Assembly (NCBI GenBank): GCA_049802235.1
Contig: JBARMB010000096.1
Location: 7,473-71,472 of the forward strand
Source of the DNA: Burkholderiales bacterium
GTDB taxonomy: Bacteria > Pseudomonadota > Gammaproteobacteria > Burkholderiales > SG8-39
DNA: 64,000 bases
Direction: 5' to 3'
The stretch's first letter is position 1. The number at the start of each line of letters is the position of its first letter. A program made the translations under genes and the position numbers. This document shows positions 20,608-29,400 of the stretch, in pieces. The notes under the pieces were generated by a model. The model was not told the origin of the DNA. It saw only the letters and a list, made by a program, of their open reading frames with translations, and searched no databases.

Positions 20608-20656
20608 CCCGAGTTCAAACCGCCGCCTCGCAAATCGAGGCGGCGGTTAACTCGGG
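20608..20656. other. Near-perfect 49-nt palindrome/hairpin in the ispD-mfd divergent spacer
   Basis: CCCGAGTT-CAA-ACCGCCGCCTCG-CAAA-TCGAGGCGGCGGT-T-AACTCGGG, followed by TTTT. A TATAAT box lies at 20591-20596. Confidence 0.6.
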
Positions 20657-20707
20657 TTTTGCTATTTCTGCTTCCTGTTGAGTGTACCGAATATGTATGA
20701 AAAATAT

Positions 20708-20850
20708 TCGTCGTCCCCGCGAAAGCGGGGACCCAGTGACTCTCTGAAAAAGACACTGGATTCCCGCTTTCGCGGGAATGACGAAACGAAAGAGACACTG
20801 GATTCACGTGTTCGCGGGAATGACGGAGCCTTTTGCGGGAATGACGGAGC
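20708..20850. repeat. Composite REP-like elements, copy B plus partial extra units
   Basis: TCGTCGTCCCCGCGAAAGCGGGGACCCAGTGAC...CACTGGATTCCCGCTTTCGCGGGAATGACG, followed by CACTGGATTCACGTGTTCGCGGGAATGACGG and GCGGGAATGACGG. Confidence 0.8.
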
Positions 20851-20863
20851 CATTGAGTAAACG

Positions 20864-23800
20864 ATGAGCGCAGTCACCCTTCCCGAAGCGGCCGCGAGCG
20901 CCGCCCGCCTTCACGGCTCGAGCGATGCGCTCGCGCTCGCGCGCCTGGCTCTGGGCTCGCGGCCGGTCGTGGTCTTCTGCGCGCAGGCAACCGAGGCACA
21001 GCGGCTGAAGGACGAGATTCCCTGGTTCGCGCCGCAGCTCTCGGTGCTCCTGCTGCCCGACTGGGAGACGTTGCCCTACGACAGCTTCTCGCCCCACCAC
21101 GACCTCGTGTCGGAGCGCCTGGCGACGCTCTACCGCATCATGCGCGAGGATTTCGACATCGTCATCGTACCTGCGACGACCGCGCTGCAGCGCCTTGCGC
21201 CGCCGTCTTTTCTCGCCGCGTACAGCTTCTTCATCAAGCGCGGCGAAACCCTCAGGCTCGATGCCTTGCGCGCGCAGCTCGCGCTCGCCGGCTACAGCCA
21301 CGTCAGCCAGGTGGTGGCGCCGGGCGAGTTCTGCGTGCGCGGCGGGCTGATCGACCTGTTTCCCATGGGCAGCGCCCTGCCCTACCGCCTCGACCTGCTC
21401 GACGAGGAGATCGAATCGATCCGCACCTTCGATCCCGACACCCAGCGCACGCTCTACAAGGTGGGCGAAATCCGGCTGCTGCCGGCGCGCGAGTTTCCGC
21501 TGGACGAGGCGGGGCGCAACCGCTTCCGCAGCCAGTTCCGCGAAACCTTCGAGGGCGATCCGTCCAGGAGCAACGTCTACAAGGACGTGAGCAACGGCGT
21601 CGCCCCCGCCGGAATCGAATACTTCCTGCCGCTGTTCTTCGAGCAGACCGCGACGATCTTCGATTACCTGCCCAAGGGCGCCACCCTTTGCCTGCGGCCG
21701 GACGTGCACGCCGCCTTCACCGAGTTCTGGCGCGACGCGCAGCAACGCCACCAACTGCTGGGCGGGGACCGCACCCGGCCGCTGCTGCCGCCTGCGGAAC
21801 TGTTTCTGACCGCGGAGGATTTTTTCCTGCGCGCAAGGGATTTCGCGCGAGCCGAACTCGATGCCGCCAAGGGGGCGCTGAATTCGCAGCCGCTGCCCGA
21901 GCTCGCGGTCGAGCGGCGCGCCGCCGATCCGCTGCACCTCCTCAAGGAATTTCTCGCCGCGACGCCGTGCCGCGTGATGCTGCTCGCGGAATCGCCCGGG
22001 CGCCGCGAGACGCTGACGCAGTACCTCGCCGAGTACGGACTCAAACCCGACGCCTGCGCCGGCTTCGAGGAGTTCCGGCGCTCGGACTCGCGCCTGGCGC
22101 TCGGCGTATCGCCGCTGCTGAACGGCTTCAGCCTCGACTCGGAGCAGCTCTGCTTCGTCACCGAGTCGGAACTCTACGCCGGCACCGCGCGCGCCCGCAC
22201 CGCCCGCGACAAGGCGCGGGTGAGCTCGATCGAAGGCATGCTGCGCGATCTCTCCGAGCTGCGCGCCGGCGATCCCGTGGTGCACGTGCAGCACGGCATC
22301 GGCCGTTACAGGGGCCTGGTCGAGCTCGATCTCGGCGAAGGCCGCATTTCGGAACCGGGGGAATTCCTGCTGCTCGAATACGCCGACAACAACAAGCTCT
22401 ACGTGCCGGTGGCGCAGCTGCATTCGATCAGCCGCTACTCGGGTGGGCCGCCCGAGCAGGCGCCGCTGCACAAGCTGGGCGGCGACCAGTGGGACCGCGC
22501 CAAGCGCAAGGCGGCGCGCATGGTGCGCGATACCGCCGCCGAGCTGCTCAACCTCTACGCCCGGCGCGCGGCGCGCGAGGGCCATGCGTTCAAGTTGAGC
22601 CAGCACGACTACGAGGCGTTCGCCGAAGGCTTCGGCTTCGAGGAAACGCCCGACCAGGCCGCCGCCATCACCGCGACGATCGCGAACATGCGCGAGGGCA
22701 AGCCCATGGACCGCCTCATCTGCGGCGACGTCGGCTTCGGCAAAACCGAAGTCGCGCTGCGCGCCGCCTTCGTCGCCGTCGCCGACGGCCGGCAGGTCGC
22801 GGTGCTCACCCCCACCACGCTGCTGGCCGAGCAGCACTTCCACACCTTCAGCGACCGCTTCGCGCAGGCCGGCAATGAGTGGCCGGCGAAGATCGCCGAG
22901 CTGTCGCGCTTTCGCAGCGGCAAGGAGACCACCGCCGCGCTGAAAGGCCTGGCCGAAGGCGAGATCGACATCGTCATCGGCACGCACAAGCTGCTGCAGA
23001 AGGACGTCAAGTTCAAGCGCCTCGGCCTCGTCATCGTCGACGAGGAGCACCGCTTCGGCGTGCGCCAGAAGGAAGCCTTGAAAGCGCTGCGCGCCGAGGT
23101 GGACGTGCTCACGCTGACCGCGACGCCGATTCCGCGCACGCTGGCGATGTCGCTCGAAGGCCTGCGCGACCTGTCGGTGATCGCGACGGCGCCGGAGCGG
23201 CGCCTCGCGATCCGCACCTTCGTCACCCCGTATTCGCCGGGGATCATCCGCGAGGCCGCGCTGAGGGAGCTGAAGCGCGGCGGCCAGATCTTTTTCCTGC
23301 ACAACGACGTCGCCTCGATCGAGGTGATGCGCGAGCGGCTCGCGAAGCTCCTTCCCGAGGCGCGCATCGCGGTCGCCCACGGCCAGATGCGCGAGCGCGA
23401 TCTCGAGCGCGTGATGCGCGAGTTTCTGCAGCAGCGCCACAACCTGCTGCTGTGCTCGACCATCATCGAGACCGGCATCGACATCCCGACTGCCAACACC
23501 ATCCTCATCAACCGCGCCGACAAGTTCGGCCTGGCGCAGCTGCACCAGCTGCGCGGCCGCGTCGGCCGTTCGCACCACCAGGCCTACGCCTACCTGCTCA
23601 CTCCCGGCGACGAGGCGCTCTCCGCCGCGGCGAAGAAGCGGCTGGAGGCGATCCAGATGATGGAGGAGCTGGGCTCCGGGTTCTACCTCGCCATGCACGA
23701 CCTCGAGATCCGCGGCGCGGGCGAAGTCCTGGGCGAGTCGCAGTCGGGCGAGATGCAGGAAGTGGGATTCAATCTCTACGCCGACATGCTCGATCATGCG

Positions 23801-24382
23801 GTGCGCTCGCTGAAAGCGGGGCGCGAGCCGGACCTGTCGCAGCCTTTCGAAGTCATCACCGAGATCAATCTGCATTTCCCGGCGCTGCTGCCCGCGAGCT
23901 ACTGCGGCGACGTGCACGAGCGCCTGGTGCTCTACAAGCGCTTCGCCAATTGCGGGAGCGCCGAGCAGCTCGAGGCGATGCAGGAGGAACTGGTCGATCG
24001 TTTCGGCGACCTGCCGCCGGCGGCGCGCGCGCTGATCGAAAGCCACCGGCTGCGCGTCCTCGGCCGCGCGCTCGGCGTGGCCCGCGTCGATGCCGCTCCG
24101 GAATTCATCCAGCTGCAGTTCGTGCCGCATCCCCCGCTCGACCCGGCTGCCGTATTGAAGCTCGTGCAAAAGCAGCGTGGCTGGAAGCTCAGCGGACCGA
24201 ACAAGCTGCGCGTCGAGCGTGTGACCAGCGAGCTCCCCGAGCGCGCGGCTGCGGTGCGGCAGGTGCTGGAGACGCTCGGGCATGCGGCCGTCGTCATTCC
24301 CGCAACTTCCGTCATTCCCTCAAATTCCGTCATTCCCTCTAAATCCGTCATTCCCGCGAAAGCGGGAATCCAGCGACGTTAA
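20864..24382 (+). CDS. mfd: Transcription-repair coupling factor Mfd
   Basis: 1172 aa. It has UvrB-homology, an RNAP-interaction domain, and superfamily-2 helicase motifs (GDVGFGKTEVALRAAF, DEEHRFGV, TATPIPRTL, QLHQLRGRVGR). The last ~30 codons (VVIPATSVIPSNSVIPSKSVIPAKAGIQRR) read into REP copy C. Confidence 0.9.
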   Translation: MSAVTLPEAAASAARLHGSSDALALARLALGSRPVVVFCAQATEAQRLKDEIPWFAPQLSVLLLPDWETLPYDSFSPHHDLVSERLATLYRIMREDFDIVIVPATTALQRLAPPSFLAAYSFFIKRGETLRLDALRAQLALAGYSHVSQVVAPGEFCVRGGLIDLFPMGSALPYRLDLLDEEIESIRTFDPDTQRTLYKVGEIRLLPAREFPLDEAGRNRFRSQFRETFEGDPSRSNVYKDVSNGVAPAGIEYFLPLFFEQTATIFDYLPKGATLCLRPDVHAAFTEFWRDAQQRHQLLGGDRTRPLLPPAELFLTAEDFFLRARDFARAELDAAKGALNSQPLPELAVERRAADPLHLLKEFLAATPCRVMLLAESPGRRETLTQYLAEYGLKPDACAGFEEFRRSDSRLALGVSPLLNGFSLDSEQLCFVTESELYAGTARARTARDKARVSSIEGMLRDLSELRAGDPVVHVQHGIGRYRGLVELDLGEGRISEPGEFLLLEYADNNKLYVPVAQLHSISRYSGGPPEQAPLHKLGGDQWDRAKRKAARMVRDTAAELLNLYARRAAREGHAFKLSQHDYEAFAEGFGFEETPDQAAAITATIANMREGKPMDRLICGDVGFGKTEVALRAAFVAVADGRQVAVLTPTTLLAEQHFHTFSDRFAQAGNEWPAKIAELSRFRSGKETTAALKGLAEGEIDIVIGTHKLLQKDVKFKRLGLVIVDEEHRFGVRQKEALKALRAEVDVLTLTATPIPRTLAMSLEGLRDLSVIATAPERRLAIRTFVTPYSPGIIREAALRELKRGGQIFFLHNDVASIEVMRERLAKLLPEARIAVAHGQMRERDLERVMREFLQQRHNLLLCSTIIETGIDIPTANTILINRADKFGLAQLHQLRGRVGRSHHQAYAYLLTPGDEALSAAAKKRLEAIQMMEELGSGFYLAMHDLEIRGAGEVLGESQSGEMQEVGFNLYADMLDHAVRSLKAGREPDLSQPFEVITEINLHFPALLPASYCGDVHERLVLYKRFANCGSAEQLEAMQEELVDRFGDLPPAARALIESHRLRVLGRALGVARVDAAPEFIQLQFVPHPPLDPAAVLKLVQKQRGWKLSGPNKLRVERVTSELPERAAAVRQVLETLGHAAVVIPATSVIPSNSVIPSKSVIPAKAGIQRR
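24289..24378. repeat. REP-like array, copy C (four tandem CCGTCATTCCC units ending in a GTCATTCCCGCGAAAGCGGGAATCC palindrome)
   Basis: CGTCGTCATTCCCGCAACTTCCGTCATTCCCTCAAATTCCGTCATTCCCTCTAAATCCGTCATTCCCGCGAAAGCGGGAATCCAGCGACG. Confidence 0.8.
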
Positions 24383-24395
24383 TCGAGGCAATCAC

Positions 24396-25229
24396 GTGTC
24401 CTACCTAGTAATCCAGGGCCAAGAAGTCGAAACCCCCGACCTGAAAGAAATCGCCAAGCTCTCCGGCGCCGCGCGCATCGAAGGCATCGGCAGCAACGCT
24501 TTCCACCTGCACGACTACAAGACGCAGCAAGGCGTCGCCGAATACTGCGCCGGCGCGAAGCTCGACTTCGCCTTTGTGCTGCAGCCGCGCCGGCTCGCCG
24601 ACTTCCGTTTTCTCGTGATGGACATGGATTCCACGCTCATCACCATCGAGACCGTAGATGAGATGGCGGACCTCGTCGGCCGCAAGGCGGAGGTCGCGGC
24701 GGTCACCGCGCAGGCGATGCGCGGAGAAATCGAGTACGACGAGAGCCTGAGGCGGCGCGTCGCGGTGCTGAAGGGCCTGGAGGAAAGTGCACTCGAGCGT
24801 TTGTATACAGAACGGGTGGAGCTTTCACCGGGCGCCGAGCAGATGATCGCAGGCGTGAAGCGGGCGGGCCTGAAGATCCTGCTCGTCTCCGGCGGCTTCA
24901 CCCACGTGACCGAGCGGCTGAAGACGCGGCTGGGACTCGACTACGTGCGCTCGAACACGCTCAAAGTCAGGAATGGAAAACTCACGGGTGAGCTCGAAGG
25001 CCGCATTGTCAACGCGGACGGAAAACGCGAAGGATTGCTGGAAGCGCGCGACGAGCTCGGGGTGACAACGGGCCAGATCATCGCCATCGGCGACGGAGCG
25101 AACGATCTCAAGTTCATGAGCGAGGCCGGCGTGTCCATCGCCTACCGCGCCAAGCCGGTGGTGCGGGAAAAGGCGACTTACTGCTTCGACTACGTCGGCC
25201 TCGACGGGCTGTTGAATCTTTACGCCTAG
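24396..25229 (+). CDS. serB: Phosphoserine phosphatase SerB
   Basis: I prefer the GTG 24396 start (VSYLVIQGQE...), because the upstream track start at 24282 would translate REP DNA. HAD motifs are LVMDMDSTLI, SGGF and GDGANDL. Confidence 0.85.
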   Translation: MSYLVIQGQEVETPDLKEIAKLSGAARIEGIGSNAFHLHDYKTQQGVAEYCAGAKLDFAFVLQPRRLADFRFLVMDMDSTLITIETVDEMADLVGRKAEVAAVTAQAMRGEIEYDESLRRRVAVLKGLEESALERLYTERVELSPGAEQMIAGVKRAGLKILLVSGGFTHVTERLKTRLGLDYVRSNTLKVRNGKLTGELEGRIVNADGKREGLLEARDELGVTTGQIIAIGDGANDLKFMSEAGVSIAYRAKPVVREKATYCFDYVGLDGLLNLYA

Positions 25230-25239
25230 AGCCTCAACG

Positions 25240-25770
25240 TTGTCTTCTGAGGGCGCAGCCCAAAGAAGTTCTCCAACGTCTGATATCGGCCTCGCATTGA
25301 CTCTGGGATTTTTCCAACTCGCGACGACACCCAACTCCGACCCCCGGAAGATCGGCATTCTGAAGCTGCACATGGCCGGCGGCATGCTGATCCTCTTCCT
25401 GATGATCATCCGCTTCATCGTCCGGATGATGATATCGAGACCGGCACATGCGACGATCGGTTATCCCCTCCTCGACCGCGTCGCGCCAGTGACCCACTAC
25501 GGCCTTTACGTCCTAGTCGTCCTGATGGCAGGAACCGGTTATGCGACGGCGATTCTCCCCGGGCTCCCGGAGATCGTGTTCGCCGGCTCGGGCGCCCCGC
25601 TGCCATCCACCTTCACGACTTATCCGACCCGGGTCGCGCACGGCGCCATCGCGACGCTCCTGGCCGCCTTCATCGCCTTACACGTGCTCGCCGCGTTCTA
25701 CCACCAGTTCGTCAGGAAAGACAGTCTGTTACAACGGATGCTCTTCGGTCACCGTGTCCGGCAGGACTGA
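25240..25770 (+). pseudogene. Cytochrome b561 family gene, 5'-truncated
   Basis: The translation matches the cyt b561/CybB core (LHMAGGMLILFLMIIRFIVRM..., HYGLYVLVVLMAGTGY, HVLAAFYHQFVRKDSLLQRM). The first TM with its His and any ATG start are missing. The break sits 10 nt after the serB stop. Confidence 0.55.
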
Positions 25771-25800
25771 CCGCGGTCCTTCCGCCGCCGGCCAATACCG

Positions 25801-25834
25801 ACGCGGCTTGACGCACGTCAACACGCGTTTTTTT
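25801..25834 (+). terminator. Candidate intrinsic terminator
   Basis: A nested stem, ACGCG-GC-TTGACG-CA-CGTCAA-CA-CGCGT, is followed by TTTTTT. Confidence 0.4.
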
Positions 25835-25911
25835 CAAAAGAGAACAATGTTTTGATCCCGCTGGCCTCTAACCGGCGGCTACAGCCACTCGAACGAACGA
25901 GTAGGTATCTC

Positions 25912-26313
25912 ATGAACACCCTCTGGATCGTCGTCATTGGCGTGTTGACCATCTATCTGGCCTACAACCTGTACGCGAAACGCATCGACCGGTATGTCAT
26001 CCAGGCCGACGCCAAGCGGGCTACGCCGGCGCGCATGTACATGGACGGGGTCGACTTCATGCCGACCAGTCGTAACGTCCTCTTCGGTTATCACTTCAAG
26101 GCCATCGCGGCGGCCGGTCCCATCGTGGGACCCATTACCGCAGCCAATCTCTGGCGCTGGTCGCCCGCGCTGGCCTGGCTGATCCTGGGCATTTCCTTCA
26201 TCGGCATTCTCGCGGCGATCCTGTCCGCGCGTCCGGACGTGCCCTTCGGCATCGTCATGCTCGCGCTGATGGGGCTTGCTCGCCGGCCAGATGATGTACC
26301 GCTGGAAATCTGA
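25912..26313 (+). pseudogene. cstA: Carbon starvation protein CstA, N-terminal fragment only
   Basis: MNTLWIVVIGVLTIYLAYNLYAKRIDRYVI...FGYHFKAIAAAGPIVGPITAA matches the first ~95 aa of CstA, which is normally 550 aa or more. The frame then diverges and stops at 133 aa. Confidence 0.6.
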
Positions 26314-26440
26314 TCGACCGCCTGTCACATCGACTGACGGCAAGCGGTCCGATCGAACGTCCAGCGGTTCGACGCAACTCGACATCCCATCACGCTGCCG
26401 TCGCCAGTACGCATGCACGACAACGTAAAGGCAGAAAATC

Positions 26441-29400
26441 ATGGCAACTCACACTCGCTTCGGCGCATCCATGTGGCTCGTCCGTGGCGGTCTATTGTTT
26501 GGCGTGGTTTGGACGATCGCCGAATCCGCCTACGCAGGACCCGGCGCCTGCGCGCCCGCGAATCCGCCGAACGCTAGCGAAGTCACCTGCACTGGAGATC
26601 AATCGGGCGGAATAAAAAGCGGCGTGGATTTCCAGTCGCCGCCCGTCACGACGTTGAACGTCGACACCGCGGTGCGGCCGGCGACCACCGGCACGCCGGG
26701 CATCGATTTCCGCAACGACGCCGGCGCGGCGTTGATCATTCGCGGCGGCAGCCCGCAGCAAAGCATCGTCATCACGACCTCCGGCGACAACGCCGGCGCG
26801 ATGCTCGGAGAGAGCCGCGGCACGCCGGTGGGGACGCAGACGCTGTTCGGTCTCGCCTTCCCGGTCGGTGTCGGAGGCTCGGGCGGTGCAGTGTCGATCT
26901 TCAATTCGAGCGCCATCACGACCGACGGCAGCACGGCGCACGGCATCGCAGCTCAGAGCCGCGCCGGCGGCTATTCGGATGAGACGATCGCTTTCCTGCA
27001 AAGCATGCGATCGACGAACAATGCCGGGTTCTCGATTGTATCGGTCTCAGAGCAGGCGGGAAGCGTCGGCCAGAGCGTCGCGGGCAGCAACGGCGGCGCG
27101 TTCACCCTCAACGCCAACGGGAGCTACTCCTATTCGCTGACCGGAGACCAGTTCACCAACCTGGCGGTCGGCCGGTCTTTGCTGACCAGCGTAAGCTACC
27201 GCGTGTCGTGGTCCGGAACGACGGACCTCGACTCCGACGCGGTCCTTACGCTGAAAGTGACCAAGCGCGCCGACGGCGGCTTCGATGTCGTTCCCGACGT
27301 CTTCTTCATGGCCTATGGACCGTCGGCGACCGCGGCGACGACGCTGCGACCGGATCTCGTCTCCTATTACGACGCCTTGCTCAGGGACGTCGCCGTGGGC
27401 GGAGTAGGAAGCGATGTCGTCGTGACGAGCGGCGGGACCATCGAGACGCGCGGCCAGAACTCGTTCGGCATCTACGCGCAAAGCAAAGGCGGCCAGGGCG
27501 CAGCCGGCGGCGGCGGCATCTTCAATGGCAGCGCCGGCGTTGCGGGCGGCGCCGCGAGGACGATTACCGTGACCAACCACAGCGGCATCGTCACCCACGG
27601 CGCGGGTTCGCACGGCATCGTGGCACGCAGCATCGGTGGCGATGGCGGTCGCGGCGGTGGATCGGGCATCGCGGGCAAAGGCGGCAACGGCGGCGCCGGC
27701 GGCGCGAGCGGTCTTGTATCGATCTTCAACGATGCGTCGATCACGACCGAGAACGCAAGCGCGATCGGCATCTTCGCGCAGAGCCTGGCAGGCGCGGGCG
27801 GCAGTGGCGGCGGCGGCGGCGCGCTTGGCGGCACGGGCGGCACGGGCGGCGATACCCCTCTGGCCGGCGATGTATCGATCACGAACAGCGGCGACATCGA
27901 CACCTCGGGCAGCGACTCGCATGGCGTCCTCGCGCAGAGCGTGGGCGGCTTTTCCGGCAGCGGCGGCGGCGCCACCGGCATCGTCGCATTCGGCGGCAGC
28001 GGCGGCCACGCCGGCAACGCCGGCACGGTGACTGTCGTCAACAGCGGCGTTGTCACGACGCGCGGCGGCGATGCGCATGCGCTGTTGGCGCAGAGCATCG
28101 GCGGCGGCGGTGGCAGCGCCGGCAGCGGCTACGGACTCGTGGGCCTCGGCGGCGAAGGGTCGAACGGCGGCAATGGCGGCGCGGTCATCGTAACCAACAA
28201 CGCTTCGCTGAATGCGCTTGGCGCCAATTCGCGCGGCATCTACGCCCAAAGCATCGGCGGCGGCGGCGGCGATGGCGGCAACTCCGGTGCGCTGGTCGCG
28301 ATCGGCGGCAAGGGCAGTACCACCAGCGATGGTGGCGCGGTGACCGTGACGAACAACGCGGCCATCAGCGCCTCGTCGAACGCGCTCTACGCGCAGAGCA
28401 CGGGCGGCGGCGGCGGTAGCGGCGGTACTAGCGGCGGCCTCGTCTCAATCGGCGGCGGCGGTGGCGGCGGTGGGGCCGGCAAGTCGGTCGATGTCACCAA
28501 TAGCGGCAATCTCACCACCTTCGAATTCAATTCCGCCGCCATCTATGCGCAAAGCCTCGGAGGTGGCGGCGGCAATGGCGGCGCGGCGGTGTCCGCGGGC
28601 GCATTCGGCTCGGTCGCAATCGGCGGCAGCGGTGGTCTCGGCGGTGCGGGCGGAAAGGTCACGGTGCAGAGCGGCGCGGTCGAAATCGTTACCGGCGCCG
28701 ATTTCGCCAACGGTGTCCTGCCTGAGCGAACGCGCTGCGGCGACGCGCCGGCGGGCGAAACGCCGGATCGCGCTGCCTGCGGCGACGGCGGCAAAGGCAT
28801 CTTTGCGCAAAGCCTCGGCGGCGGCGGCGGTAACGGCGGCTATGCGGTCGCTGCATCCGCAGGCAAAGGCTTTTCGGCATCGATCGGGGTCGGCGGGAGC
28901 GGCGGCGGAGGCGGAGGCGGCGACACGGTCAATGTATACAGTCAAAGCAACATCACAACGCAGGGCTCGAATGCCGAGGGCCTCTTCGCGCAAAGCCTCG
29001 GCGGCGGCGGCGGCAGCGGCGGCTTCGCCGTTGCGGCAAGCGGCAGCGATGGTCTGGCCGTGTCGATCAGCGTCGGCGGCAGCGGCGGCACCGGCGGCGC
29101 GGGATCGATAGTCACGGTCGGCACGGCGACCGATCCGATTCGCGGCCGCATCGAAACTTCGGGCGATAACTCGAGCGGCGTCCTGGCGCAGAGCGTGGGC
29201 GGGGGCGGCGGCAATGCCGGCTTCAGCGTCGCAGGCACCGTCGGCAGGTTCGCTGCTTCGTTCGCGATGGGTGGACAGGGCGGTGTGGGCGGGATTGGAT
29301 CGACGGTCAGCGTGGATAGCCGCGCGAACATTACGACACACGGTTTGCTGTCGAGCGGCATCACCGCGCAGAGCATCGGCGGTGGCGGCGGCAACGGCGG

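Noticed and set aside
20608-20656. GAGTTCAAACC-containing hairpin considered as a tRNA fragment or tRNA-like att site.
   Set aside because: The sequence is a simple near-perfect palindrome. There are no D or anticodon arms, no CCA context, and no adjacent integrase.
20804-24283. 1159-aa ORF antisense to mfd. Similar very long antisense or out-of-frame ORFs include 1472..2494, 13880..15484, 28445..31261, 36774..38837, 51817..53490 and 54491..56662.
   Set aside because: These are typical high-GC artefacts. Their translations are Arg/Ala/Gly/Pro-rich with no recognisable motifs, and each fully overlaps a gene with clear family signatures on the other strand or frame.
24289-24378. Tandem ~19-bp GTCATTCCC units considered as a CRISPR array.
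   Set aside because: There are only four short units, with 6-8-nt variable parts instead of 25-nt-plus spacers. The units belong to a dispersed REP family seen at three other sites, and there are no cas genes.
24282-24395. Upstream start for serB (track ORF 24282..25229).
   Set aside because: The extra 38 residues (PSFPQLPSFPQIPSFPLNPSFP…) are a translation of the REP array. The conserved SerB sequence starts at GTG 24396.
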